From positions 25,809-89,808 of the forward strand of contig CAVXPY010000050.1 in assembly GCA_963763655.1 (NCBI GenBank): a stretch of 64,000 bases of DNA, read 5' to 3'. The notes beneath the pieces are model-generated. The model was not told the DNA's origin. It ran no database searches and saw only the letters and a list, made by a program, of their open reading frames with translations. The translations under genes and the position numbers were made by a program. The DNA comes from an uncultured Chloroflexia bacterium. GTDB taxonomy: Bacteria; Chloroflexota; Chloroflexia; Thermomicrobiales; JALYUS01. Numbering within the stretch: the stretch's first letter is position 1; each line of letters starts with the position of its first letter. Positions 1 through 9,382 of this stretch are shown piece by piece.

Positions 1-178
1 TACGACGCGCGACGGGGCGAGGTGCGTATCTGGCTTTTGACGATTGTGCTTACGCAGGCCGTCCCGGTGTTGCGCGCCCGGCATGGCGATCTGATCTGGT
101 CGCCGCCGAGGGCGTCATGAGTACGAGAGAAAATACGCCGATCGCTTCGGCATGAGCACGCACATCCGAGGAGAAATC

Positions 179-1106
179 ATGTCATTACAGACACCGACAC
201 CGCTTATCACCCGCGCCGGTCGGGACAAATGTATCGAGGACGGCCTCTATGCGAACTACCTCGCCTACTTCCGCAAGGCAGAGGATACACGGCGCTGGAA
301 GCCTACATAAAGACATTCCCTGGGAGCTCGCCAAACCGGACACCTCGGATGAAGTCGCCACGATGGTCGAGGGCTACTTCGCCGTCGAGAGCTATCTGCC
401 GGACTACGCCGCCAAGACCATGGAGATCGTCCGCCGCTCGCGCGGGCGGGCGTGGTTCCAGGCAAACTGGGGCTACGAGGAGTCGAAGCACGCGATGGCG
501 TGGGAAACCTGGCTCGTTACGGCCGGCAAGCGCACATCGGCGCAGATGGAGAGTACTTTGGTTACCTCTCCGAGAAGCAATGGGATCTGCCGTACGACAC
601 CCCGCGCCGGATGATGGTCTACACGATGATCCAGGAGCGCGCCACCTACCTCAACTACCACAACCTCGCGCGCGCGTGCCGAACGCGAAGGTGACCAGGC
701 ACTTGCGACTGCGCTCCGCATCGTCGCGATGGATGAGATCGCGCACCACGGCTTCTTCTACAAGGGCATGCAACTCTATCTGAAGTACGAACTCGCGGCG
801 ACCCTGGACGATATGTGCCTCATCTTCAAGTCTTTCGCGATGCCGGCGCAAAATTTCCTGTGGAACTGGAAAGAGTTCGAGGAGATCGTGGCGCGGGCGG
901 GTATCTATGGCCCGCGCGAGCATGTGCGGGACGTGCAGAACCCGATCCTCAACGCCCTTGGCTACGCGAACCGGCGCGAGTTCGAGCGCGCAGCGGTGCG
1001 CATGCGGATCGTGCCCGACAACATCGGCCCGCAAGACATTCCGGACTGGGCAAAAGAACCGGCAGACCGACCTGCAGATGCCCTCGTCCTCTCGACGGGG
1101 GAGTGA
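179..1106 (+). pseudogene. acyl-ACP desaturase-like di-iron fatty acid desaturase, reading frame broken at >=3 places
   Basis: Homologous segments alternate between frames. Frame 2 covers 179-310 (MSLQ..DTRRW). Frame 0 covers ~300-540 (DIPWEL..GYEESKHAMAW, an ExxH motif). Frame 2 covers ~540-690 (MMVYTMIQERATYLNYHNLA). Frame 0 covers 678-1106 (AMDEIAHHGFFYKG, a DExxH motif). The two carboxylate-His motifs and the overall pattern recall soluble acyl-ACP desaturases (FA_desaturase_2). The third shift lies in a (CG)n run at 665-678. Confidence 0.6.
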
Positions 1107-1110
1107 GGCA

Positions 1111-1794
1111 ATGGCCATTGCCGGAAGAGTCACTACTGCGGCGCGCGCCATGCGGGAGCCTGCGAACGGCCTGACGCACCTCGCCGGTGTGCTGCTCTCC
1201 CTCGTCGCACTGGTCGCCCTGGTCGCGATTGGCGTTCACACAGGCAACGTGACCGTGCTGATCGCCCTGATCGTCTTCGGGCTGAGCCAGATCGCGCTCT
1301 ACACCGCGAGCACGCTCCACCATTCCCTGTCGCTCTCACCGCAGGCGAATGCCCGGCTGCTTCGCTTCGACTGCATGATGGTCGTCGTACTGATCGCCGG
1401 TACCTACACCCCCGTTTGTCTGTTTGCGCTGCGTGGTCTCTGGCGCGGGGGGCTACTCGGTGCCATCTGGGGGCTGACTCTCATTGGCCTCATCATGATG
1501 ACTCGTTGGATGAACGCCCCTCGCTGGGCCTCGACGACCTTCTATGTCGCGCTCGGCTGGGTCGGGCTGCTCGCGGCACCGGTGCTGTTCCACGCCCTGC
1601 CACTGGCAGGGTTCGCATGGATGCTGGCAGGCGGGGCAGTGTACACGCTCGGGGCGCTGATCTTCCTGTTCAATCGCCCCGATCCATTCCCACGATGGTT
1701 CGGGGCGCACGCGCTGTGGCATCTGTTCGTGCTGGGCGGGAGTGCGTGTTGCTTCGTATTGATCGTCAGATACGCGGTGCCCCTCGTCGGCTAA
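1111..1794 (+). CDS. hemolysin III / PAQR family membrane protein
   Basis: Same frame as ORF 907..1794. ATG at 1111 lies 5 nt after the upstream stop. Multi-pass hydrophobic protein with N-terminal EPANGLTHLAG and C-terminal HALWHLFVLGGSACCF, typical hemolysin-III signatures. Confidence 0.8.
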   Translation: MAIAGRVTTAARAMREPANGLTHLAGVLLSLVALVALVAIGVHTGNVTVLIALIVFGLSQIALYTASTLHHSLSLSPQANARLLRFDCMMVVVLIAGTYTPVCLFALRGLWRGGLLGAIWGLTLIGLIMMTRWMNAPRWASTTFYVALGWVGLLAAPVLFHALPLAGFAWMLAGGAVYTLGALIFLFNRPDPFPRWFGAHALWHLFVLGGSACCFVLIVRYAVPLVG

Positions 1795-1911
1795 ACGATG
1801 ACGTCATCGCAGGGTAACGCGCCCTTGCAGTGCAAAGAAGTGAACGTCACCTCTCCTTGATCTGTCGTGTTGAGCGCGGGAGCGGATCATTGAGCCGCAG
1901 ACTGCGATGAT

Positions 1912-2805
1912 CTATCCGTCAATCCATTGGAAGCCGTCGTGGTCCGCCACGATCCTTCCCCACGGTGGGAAAACGGCGTGGGAGAAGACGAGCGTGGCAT
2001 TTTGCGGCACGGCCGCCGCCAGCAAACGGTCGCGGGAGGCGCGCATGGCGGCCTGATCGCGCCCGGTGAGTACCCAATCGCGGTGCCGCACCTCGCATGG
2101 GTGATGCAGGAGATCGCCGAGCAGATAGCAATGCGCCCTCCCCGATTCGACATGGACGATCGAGTGCCCGGGCGACTCACCCGGCGTATGGAGCACCGTC
2201 ACACCGGGGGCGACCACGCGGTCACCCTCCACAAGTTCGAGCAGGCCCAACCGCTCCAGCACTTCCATCCGCGGCGCGAACTCGGGATCGGGTGGGTTGC
2301 CGTACCGGCTCATTGTGCGATCCGCCCGCCCAATCAGGTGGCGCGCGTTGGGGAAGCGCGGCACGAGCGTGCCTGCCTGCTCGACGGTCGTGCCAACGTA
2401 ATGATCGAAATGCGCGTGCGTAAGCACGAGATGAGTGATCTCCTCGGGCTGAACGCCGATCTGTGCCAGACCCGCCTCGACACCGGGCGAGCGGTTGATC
2501 CCTTCCCACGTTGCCGCAAACTTCCGCCCCCATGCCGATGCCGGGTCGTCGAACCCGGCATCGACGAGGATCGTGGCATCCCCGCTCTGGATCAGGATGA
2601 CATGGAAACCGATGATGATTCGGCCCTCCGCATCCATCTCCGGCATCGCGGCGTGGAGTTCCTCCGCAGGCACTGCGAAGTTCGGCCGCCAGAGCGACGT
2701 ACCATCCGAAATAACGGTCACCGTTGCCGCGCCAAAGTGGCGTGACTCCAGAAATGCCGGGATATGCGCCGTCGTCACGGTCCCCCTCTTTCCTTGGTAT
2801 CCCAT
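1912..2805 (-). CDS. MBL-fold metallo-hydrolase
   Basis: 297-aa ORF with the HxHxDH zinc motif (LTHAHFDHYVG). About half its residues are identical to the ORF at 13859..14725. Confidence 0.8.
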   Translation of the reverse strand: MGYQGKRGTVTTAHIPAFLESRHFGAATVTVISDGTSLWRPNFAVPAEELHAAMPEMDAEGRIIIGFHVILIQSGDATILVDAGFDDPASAWGRKFAATWEGINRSPGVEAGLAQIGVQPEEITHLVLTHAHFDHYVGTTVEQAGTLVPRFPNARHLIGRADRTMSRYGNPPDPEFAPRMEVLERLGLLELVEGDRVVAPGVTVLHTPGESPGHSIVHVESGRAHCYLLGDLLHHPCEVRHRDWVLTGRDQAAMRASRDRLLAAAVPQNATLVFSHAVFPPWGRIVADHDGFQWIDG

Positions 2806-2929
2806 ACCATTTCGCTATCGAATTGCTCGCTCAATGATCCAGGTATGATTCTTGATACGTACAGTGTTGTTGAGGAAAGTGTATCCTACTCGTGCCGGGC
2901 ATGGTTCGGCACCGTGGCAATGTCGTCAC

Positions 2930-3831
2930 ATGGAAACAAGGAGGAGATTCTTGACCCACCGACGTTATGGGCTTGTCGTTATCACTTTGCTGCTCTTCAC
3001 GGCCCTGCTCACCGCCTGCGGTGGCAGTTCGGCAACCGATACCCCGAAACCCGCAGTTGGATCGCCGACGGCGGCGGCCCCGACCACGGCACCGACGACC
3101 GCACCGACCACGGGAGCCGCCGCTTCAAGTTCTGCGGCTGCAGCAACACGACCCGCCGGGTCTGCCGCGACCGGATCATCCGTCGCGGGCACTACTGCAC
3201 CGACGTCGCACCGACCACTGCCCCAACCGTGGCAGTAGGCTCCGCCTCTGCCGCGAGCGGGACACGTCCCGCCGGTTCGACAACGACCGGGACGGCTGCT
3301 GCGGGTTCGGCATCCGCAGTCACTGGGACGCGCCCGGCCGGGTCTGTAACCACCGGAACGACCGCTGCGGGCTCAACGACCGCAGGCGCGGGAGTGACGG
3401 TCTTCACGGACACCAAAGGTCGCTTCTCGTTCTCACGGCCATCGGCATGGGTACCGGGGCAATCGAGCTCACTCGATACCGTCGCGCAGTTTAGCGTCAC
3501 GGATCCCCTTGGCGTCGTTGACATCTCCACGGAGACGGTGCCAGGGAGCACCACCGCAGACGCTTACCTGCAAGCCGCACTTGTGCAGATTAAGCAGACC
3601 ATCCCGGATGCGCAGCAGATGGGTGTCACGCAACTCAAACTCGACACCGAACCGGCGACCCAGATCGATTATGTCGGCACCGCGAGCGGCACCAAGATCT
3701 ACTTCTCGCAGATTTTCGCGCTCCACAAGGGCACTGCGTACGTCCTGACCCTCGGCACACAACCCGCCGACATCGACAAGCTGAAGCAGCAAGCGATTGT
3801 CGTCATCCAGACGTGGAAGTTTCTCCAGTAA
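2930..3831 (+). pseudogene. secreted lipoprotein with Thr/Ala/Gly-rich linker (one apparent frameshift near 3195)
   Basis: ATG 2930 (frame of ORF 2852..3238) gives METRRRFLTHRRYGLVVITLLLFTALLTAC, a signal peptide with lipobox LTAC. The conserved-looking globular C-terminal part (FTDTKGRFSFSRP..WKFLQ) is in the frame of ORF 2764..3831. The linker contains three TRPAGS-type repeats. Confidence 0.55.
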
Positions 3832-3871
3832 CCGGGTAGTCGCAAGACGGTAACCGAAAGTCAGATTCAGT

Positions 3872-3900
3872 GTAAGGGGGGCATTCGTTGCCCCCCTTAC
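3872..3900 (+). terminator. stem-loop terminator candidate
   Basis: Perfect 12-bp stem GTAAGGGGGGCA / TGCCCCCCTTAC with a 5-nt loop, 40 nt after the stop at 3831, followed by TGTATTGT. Confidence 0.55.
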
Positions 3901-4019
3901 TGTATTGTCATCTAAACGTTGATCGAGAGGTGACGAATGCGCGTCCGATCAGGATAGTATGATGTATCGCCGACAGGGCGAGCGCGTACCATCCTGACAG
4001 ACGCAAGGAGAGCCAGCCT

Positions 4020-6701
4020 GTGACCCGCCTCCGTATCCCACGTCCCCGCCTCCTCGCCCTCCTCGCGGCGCTCATGCTTCCGCTTCTCCTCCCCGCAAGC
4101 CCGCTTGCGCCCACGTCGGTCGCCTCCAGCCTCCCACCTGGCGGTGCGCCGCTGCCCGGCAGTGGCACGCAATCCACCCCACCCTTCGTCCGCGTGCTGG
4201 ATGGTCGGACATTTGAGACTACGCTCAACGGGAATCAGGTCAGCGTCGTTATCGTCGGCATCGCGGTCGCGCCCGGCAACACCGATTGCGGGCAGGAGGC
4301 AGCCCGTCAGTTACGCGTGCTTGCGAAGGGCGGCCTCACTCTCACTGAAGATCAGACCATCGCGTTCGATGCGGGCCATCACCGCGTCTATCAGGCCACC
4401 ACGCGTGACGGTCGCGTCGTCGCCCAGGAGTTGGTGCGCGCGGGCGTCGCTCAACTCGATGGCACCGGCGAAGCGACGCATCAGTATCCAACCGAGGAAG
4501 CACAGGCGCGTGCGGCGGGCACCGGCTGCTTGTGGAATGGCGGTCACGTCACCGCCCCCTCCACCGCTGCCGCATCCACCGCTGCCGCACCCCCGCCGGT
4601 CGTGCTACCCTCCGGTTTCCAACAGATCATCGTCGGGTACAACCTCAACTTGCCGACGGGCTTTGCCTTCCTGCCGGGTGGACGGATACTCGTTACCGAA
4701 CAGCGCGGGCGCGTCCGCCTCATCAAGAATGGTGTCCTGCAAGCAACGCCGCTGATCGACCTCCAGAACCGCATCAACAACTACGGCGACCACGGACTAT
4801 TGGGCATGGCGATCGATCCTAACTTCGCCACGAACGGCTTCCTCTACCTCCTCTATACCTACGAGAACGATGCCGCTCACTACAGCGCCCCGAAGACTGC
4901 GCGCCTCGCTCGCTACACCGTCGTTGGAGATAGCGCGGCACCGGCAAGCGAGACGGTCATCCTCGGCACCACGGTCGGCACCACCTGCAATGCCTTCCCC
5001 GCTGGCACGGACTGCATCGCCACCGATTCCGACTCACATTCGGTCGGCAGCCTCCGCTTCGCCGCCGACGGCACCCTCTTCGTCTCAACCGGAGATGGCG
5101 CGAGCTACAACGATGTCGACGATAACGCCCTGCGGTCGCAGGACCTTACCTCCCTCTCCGGCAAGCTCCTGCACATCACGACTACCGGGCTCGGCGTCGC
5201 GACGAACCCCTTCTGGACGGGCGATGCGCACGCCAACCGCTCGAAGGTCTGGGCGTACGGCTTTCGCAACCCCTTCCGCTTCCAACTCCGTCCGGGCAGC
5301 GACACGCCGTACATCGGTGATGTCGGCTGGGGCCTCACCGAGGAATTGAATGTCGGGGAAAAGGGCGCGAACTACGGCTGGCCCTGCTACGAGGGCAGCA
5401 TCCCGCAGGGCGGATACGCGCCAAAGCCGGTCTGCCAGGCGCTCTATGACAAGGGAGCGGACGCCGTCCGTACCGCCCTGGCGATGTACAACCACGAGGG
5501 GTTCGGCGCGGCCATCGTCGGTGGCCTCTTCTACACGGGCACGAGCTACCCGACGCAGTACCGGGGGGCGTACTTCTATGCGGACTACGCCCAGTCGGTA
5601 ATCCGCACCCTGACGGTCGATACGAACAACACCCTGACAAGTGCGCCGACGATCTTCGCGTCGAACGCGGACGGTCCGGTGGACTTTGCGATCGGCCCGG
5701 ATGGCGATCTCTACTACATTTCCATCAGCACAGGCGAGCTCCGGCGCATTGTCTATCCGGCGGGGCAAACGTCCATCGTCGCCAGCGCATCCGCCACCCC
5801 GACGGAGGGGCCGAACCCGCTCACCGTCCAGTTTTCGAGCGCGGGATCCACCAACCCCGGCGGGGGCACGCTTCAGTACAATTGGGATTTTGGCGATGGC
5901 GCAAGCGCGACCGTCGCCAATCCATCGCATACCTATCTCTACCGGGGGCGTTACCTCGCCATCCTGCAACTCTCCGATACCACGGGGCACACGTCGACTG
6001 CGACGGTACCGATTGTCGCCGGGACGCCGCCAACGGCGACGATTACCTCACCCCCTGCATCGACCAATTACGTTGTCGGCGATACGATCACCTTCGCCGG
6101 TACCGGCACCGATTCTCAGGATGGGGCGGTACCGCCTTCCTCGCTCTCGTGGCAAATCATCCAGCATCACTGCCCCGGCGGCATGTGCCATACCCATTAT
6201 GTGATACACACGACCGGCAATGGGGGCAGTTTCACCGTCACCGATCACGGCGATGACAGCTATTTCGAGATTCTCCTGACCGTCAGCAACAACGCGGGGG
6301 TACAGGGGACCACGTCCGTCGTCCTCAAACCACGCACGGTGCATCTGACACTGACAACGGTCCCAGCGGGCGAGACACTCGTCTACGCAGGTACGACCTA
6401 CACTGCGCCGGTCACGATCACCACGATCCCCGGCTCCACGCGCACCATCGCGGCAAATGACGCCAACCGGACATTCGAGCAATGGTCTGATGGCGGCGCG
6501 CAAGAGCATCAGATCACGATTGGCAGCACGGACGCCGCGTATGTCATCACCTACTCGGCCCTGCCCACAACCGGCCCCCCGCCCCCCAATCCACGTTCCG
6601 TGCCCGCAAACGGATCAGGGCCTGATAGTCCCCCCTCTCCGCGTACGACAGGGCCAATCAGTCCGTCGCATGGCCCCGTCGGACCGATCACTGGGCGATA
6701 G
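4020..6701 (+). CDS. secreted multidomain protein: SNase-like OB domain + PQQ-dependent glucose/sorbosone dehydrogenase beta-propeller + PKD domain(s)
   Basis: 893-aa ORF with a GTG start and signal peptide (LLALLAALMLPLLLPASP). Residues ~55-170 resemble thermonuclease (VLDGRTFE..VVIVGIAVAP..ELVRAGVAQL..EAQARAAGTGCLW). The central region has GSDH motifs (GLLGMAIDPNF, GFRNPFRF, GDVGW). PKD signature present (LTVQFSSAGS..YNWDFGDGASA..HTY). Confidence 0.8.
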   Translation: MTRLRIPRPRLLALLAALMLPLLLPASPLAPTSVASSLPPGGAPLPGSGTQSTPPFVRVLDGRTFETTLNGNQVSVVIVGIAVAPGNTDCGQEAARQLRVLAKGGLTLTEDQTIAFDAGHHRVYQATTRDGRVVAQELVRAGVAQLDGTGEATHQYPTEEAQARAAGTGCLWNGGHVTAPSTAAASTAAAPPPVVLPSGFQQIIVGYNLNLPTGFAFLPGGRILVTEQRGRVRLIKNGVLQATPLIDLQNRINNYGDHGLLGMAIDPNFATNGFLYLLYTYENDAAHYSAPKTARLARYTVVGDSAAPASETVILGTTVGTTCNAFPAGTDCIATDSDSHSVGSLRFAADGTLFVSTGDGASYNDVDDNALRSQDLTSLSGKLLHITTTGLGVATNPFWTGDAHANRSKVWAYGFRNPFRFQLRPGSDTPYIGDVGWGLTEELNVGEKGANYGWPCYEGSIPQGGYAPKPVCQALYDKGADAVRTALAMYNHEGFGAAIVGGLFYTGTSYPTQYRGAYFYADYAQSVIRTLTVDTNNTLTSAPTIFASNADGPVDFAIGPDGDLYYISISTGELRRIVYPAGQTSIVASASATPTEGPNPLTVQFSSAGSTNPGGGTLQYNWDFGDGASATVANPSHTYLYRGRYLAILQLSDTTGHTSTATVPIVAGTPPTATITSPPASTNYVVGDTITFAGTGTDSQDGAVPPSSLSWQIIQHHCPGGMCHTHYVIHTTGNGGSFTVTDHGDDSYFEILLTVSNNAGVQGTTSVVLKPRTVHLTLTTVPAGETLVYAGTTYTAPVTITTIPGSTRTIAANDANRTFEQWSDGGAQEHQITIGSTDAAYVITYSALPTTGPPPPNPRSVPANGSGPDSPPSPRTTGPISPSHGPVGPITGR

Positions 6702-6727
6702 CGATTGCGGGGTTGACCTCTCGAATG

Positions 6728-6861
6728 CCCCCACCTCCGGCCCCTCCCCCGCCACGCGAGGGAGGGGTGCCTCACTGCAACGTCAATGACGATAGTTCAC
6801 CGTGATCGCTCCATCGCAAGCTCCCCTCTCCCGTTTACGGGAGAGGGGTCGGGGGTGGGGG
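6728..6861. repeat. two G/C-rich hairpin repeats in inverted orientation (CCCCTCCC..GGGAGGGG type with GGGGGTGGGGG tails)
   Basis: 6728-6775 reads CCCCCACCTCCGGCCCCTCCC..GGGAGGGGTGCCTCAC. 6823-6861 reads CCCCTCTCCCGTTTACGGGAGAGGGGTCGGGGGTGGGGG. Related to other repeat copies in the window. Confidence 0.6.
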
Positions 6862-7073
6862 CCGGTGTCAGCGCGTGCCTGTCCTTCCGCGCACTGCGCC
6901 ACCGAGAAATTATGCCCGAAAGGACAGGAGAAATCCGTACCGTATGTCCGGCGCGAAAGCGACGCGCGTGCCCGATGATAGGGTCAGTGAATGCGGAGCA
7001 GGAGGCGACGATGGATATGGTGTATGGGCAGGCGACAGGGACGACGCGGCGCGCACTGAGGAGTGGACAGACA

Positions 7074-7229
7074 ATGGACGGCCCCCGCCACAACAAGCGC
7101 CGTGGTATCCGGCGGAATGTATGGGTCAACGCCTTCGTTGTCCTCTTCCTGCTCATGGGCGTCCTCCTTGGTATCACCCAAGCCTTCATCCTCCTGGCAG
7201 TCTACGCACTGGTGATCGCCCCCGCATAA
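7074..7229 (+). CDS. small hydrophobic membrane protein (51 aa)
   Basis: ATG 7074 is preceded by GAGGAG. The product MDGPRHNKRRGIRRNVWVNAFVVLFLLMGVLLGITQAFILLAVYALVIAPA has a basic head and long hydrophobic stretch. It is followed by a canonical terminator. The upstream part of ORF 6786..7229 runs through repeats. Confidence 0.4.
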   Translation: MDGPRHNKRRGIRRNVWVNAFVVLFLLMGVLLGITQAFILLAVYALVIAPA

Positions 7230-7264
7230 ACAGAGTGATATGAGTTATCCAATCAGCGACGGGT

Positions 7265-7298
7265 TCGTGTGAACCCGTCGCTTTTTGTCTCGTGTGCA
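7265..7298 (+). terminator. rho-independent terminator
   Basis: AGCGACGGGTTC-GTGT-GAACCCGTCGCT (12-bp perfect stem) followed by TTTTTGT. Confidence 0.75.
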
Positions 7299-7361
7299 CC
7301 CCTGATCCCCACCGAGCGTTCTATAGGAGTGACGACGGGTCGAAAGATTAGGGGTGAATGA

Positions 7362-8033
7362 ATGATGTATGTGCGCACGCCACAACTGAGGCGGAAGCCA
7401 CCACCGAGCGGGCAGGCTGGGATGCCGCGCTGGCCCGCTTCCCTCGCTCTTCTGGCAATGAGCGCGATCTACTTCGCCGTCCCCGCGCGTCTGCGGATTG
7501 GCCCACCGTGGTCGCTGACCGCCCTCACGGTCGTTGCAACCACCATCCTCTACGTCTTACGGCGGCTCGGCATGCACGTCGCGAACCGAAAGATCGCGGT
7601 GGCGCTGACGGCGGTGCTAACGCTTGCGATGACCACGAGTGCCATCTTTCTCGTCGCACGATTGCCAAGCGGCAAAGAGAGCGCGCCCCATCTCCTGCGC
7701 GACGGGGGGCTGATCTGGACCTTCAATGTCCTCGTTTTTGCCGTCTGGTACTGGGAGATTGATGGCGGCGGCCCCGCGAAACGGCACCGCGGTCACCATG
7801 CCAGCACCGATTTCGTCTTCCCGCAGATGGCCTTTGACGATGAGGAGAGTAACGCGTGGTCCCCCGAATTTCTCGATTACCTCTTCCTCGCGTTCAACAC
7901 GAGCACCGCGTTCAGCCCCACCGATACGCTCGTCCTCTCCCGGTTGGCGAAGGTATTGATGATGTATCAGTCGCTCGTTTCGCTCCTGGTCATCTCCGTC
8001 CTGGTCGCTCGCGCGATCAACACCCTCAATTGA
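7362..8033 (+). CDS. DUF1345-like integral membrane protein
   Basis: 223-aa ORF with several TM helices. The C-terminal motif LFLAFNTSTAFSPTDT..MMYQSLVSLLVISVLVARAIN resembles DUF1345. The start could instead be the internal Met at 7422. Confidence 0.55.
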   Translation: MMYVRTPQLRRKPPPSGQAGMPRWPASLALLAMSAIYFAVPARLRIGPPWSLTALTVVATTILYVLRRLGMHVANRKIAVALTAVLTLAMTTSAIFLVARLPSGKESAPHLLRDGGLIWTFNVLVFAVWYWEIDGGGPAKRHRGHHASTDFVFPQMAFDDEESNAWSPEFLDYLFLAFNTSTAFSPTDTLVLSRLAKVLMMYQSLVSLLVISVLVARAINTLN

Positions 8034-8149
8034 GCGCACATAATGCGTGCGCGGCCATCACGGCAGGGTGCTTGCGTGCGCTAAAGAGAGTGGGGTTCAA
8101 TTTCTCCGCGCGGGAGGGTGATAGTCTCGCGCAAACGGGGTAAAGCGTA

Positions 8150-9319
8150 ATGATCGTCATTCTCGGTAGCATTCATGAGAGCGTGCAATCTCTCCTCCGG
8201 TCGCACACCCTGGCGGTGATCGTCTCGATCCTTTTTTTCGAGGAACTTGGCGTGCCGAGCCCGATCCCCGGTGATCTGATGATGGTACTTGCGGGCGTGC
8301 GCGTCGCCCAGGGGCGGGAGCCGCTCTGGCTCGTTCTGTTCGCGCAGGAAATCGCGACAGTTCTCGGGGCGACCGGCCTCTTCTTCCTCAGCAGGCGGTG
8401 TGGTCGCCCGCTCGTCCTGCGCTACGGTCGGTTTATTCACCTCGGCCCGGAGTCCCTGGCGCGGGCGGAACGGGCGATTGAGCGGCGCGGTGGCTGGGCG
8501 ATCGTGATCGGGCGGTTCCTCCCCGGCCTGCGCATCATCACGCCAATTGCAGCGGGTGTGCTCGGGCTATCGTTTCGTGCCTTTCTCCCCGCGCTCGCCT
8601 TGGGCGCGTTTCTGTATATCCTCCTGTACACGATGATTGGCGTCTTCGTTGGCCCCGCTGCACTTGCCTTCTATGACCGCGTTGCGCTGCCGGTCGGCGC
8701 ACTCCTCTCGCTCGTGGCGCTCGTGGCGATCTTCTTCTTCATGCGCCAGGTCAAGCGCGCGGCACCCGCCTTCACACGGGATCGACACGGCGCGGTCGTC
8801 TCGGCGCTCGTTGCGGGCGTCCTGGCGGGCGTCGTGGGGCTGCTCGCGGCGAACAGTATCAGCGAGTTCACCACGTTCGGGCGGCGACTGCTCGGTCGCT
8901 ATCCGGTCGTCGCGACGGGTGGAGTCGGCAGCGGCCTGCGCTTCCTGATCGCGTGGCCCGCCTTCCTTATCTTCGCCGGGTTCCTGGGGGTCCTCGCCTA
9001 CATGATCGGCGTGACGCGTCTGTCGCGCTGGCTCGCCCTCCTCCTCAGCGCGGGAGCACCGCTCGCCATCAGCCTCGCAGTACTCTACCCGCTCACGGAG
9101 CGGCGGCATGTCGGTCTCTCGGAGTACCGGGAGCAGATTATCTTCGTCGTCGATACCACGCGGTGGCTCGCATACGGTATCGCACTCACGGTCTTCCTGC
9201 CACTCCACTCTCCTCTACATCCCACGGCACTCGATCCAGACCCGGTGATGAGCGAGCACCCGGTCGCCACCGTCGGCGGCGGAGCACGCAGCAACCCGGA
9301 GGAAACGGCGCACTCGTGA
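8150..9319 (+). CDS. DedA/SNARE-associated family membrane protein with C-terminal multi-TM extension
   Basis: 389-aa ORF. The N-terminal half has DedA motifs (FFEELGVPSPIPGDLMMVLAG; GRFLPGLRIITPIAAG). The remainder is hydrophobic. Confidence 0.7.
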   Translation: MIVILGSIHESVQSLLRSHTLAVIVSILFFEELGVPSPIPGDLMMVLAGVRVAQGREPLWLVLFAQEIATVLGATGLFFLSRRCGRPLVLRYGRFIHLGPESLARAERAIERRGGWAIVIGRFLPGLRIITPIAAGVLGLSFRAFLPALALGAFLYILLYTMIGVFVGPAALAFYDRVALPVGALLSLVALVAIFFFMRQVKRAAPAFTRDRHGAVVSALVAGVLAGVVGLLAANSISEFTTFGRRLLGRYPVVATGGVGSGLRFLIAWPAFLIFAGFLGVLAYMIGVTRLSRWLALLLSAGAPLAISLAVLYPLTERRHVGLSEYREQIIFVVDTTRWLAYGIALTVFLPLHSPLHPTALDPDPVMSEHPVATVGGGARSNPEETAHS

Positions 9320-9382
9320 GCGATCGCTGCCGATCACTGTCATACCGTGTCACACCGGCACCGAGGATGGTGTTAAGGGAGT

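Noticed and set aside
1-120. Open frame running from the window edge to TGA 118-120 (..RGEVRIWLLTIVLTQAVPVLRARHGDLIWSPPRAS*), possibly the 3' end of an upstream gene
   Set aside because: Only 39 codons are visible and there is no recognisable motif, so it cannot be supported as a feature.
6786-7073. N-terminal 96 codons of ORF 6786..7229
   Set aside because: They run through G/C-rich hairpin repeats (6823-6861) and have a non-protein-like composition. Only the terminal 51-codon ORF with its own RBS is plausible.
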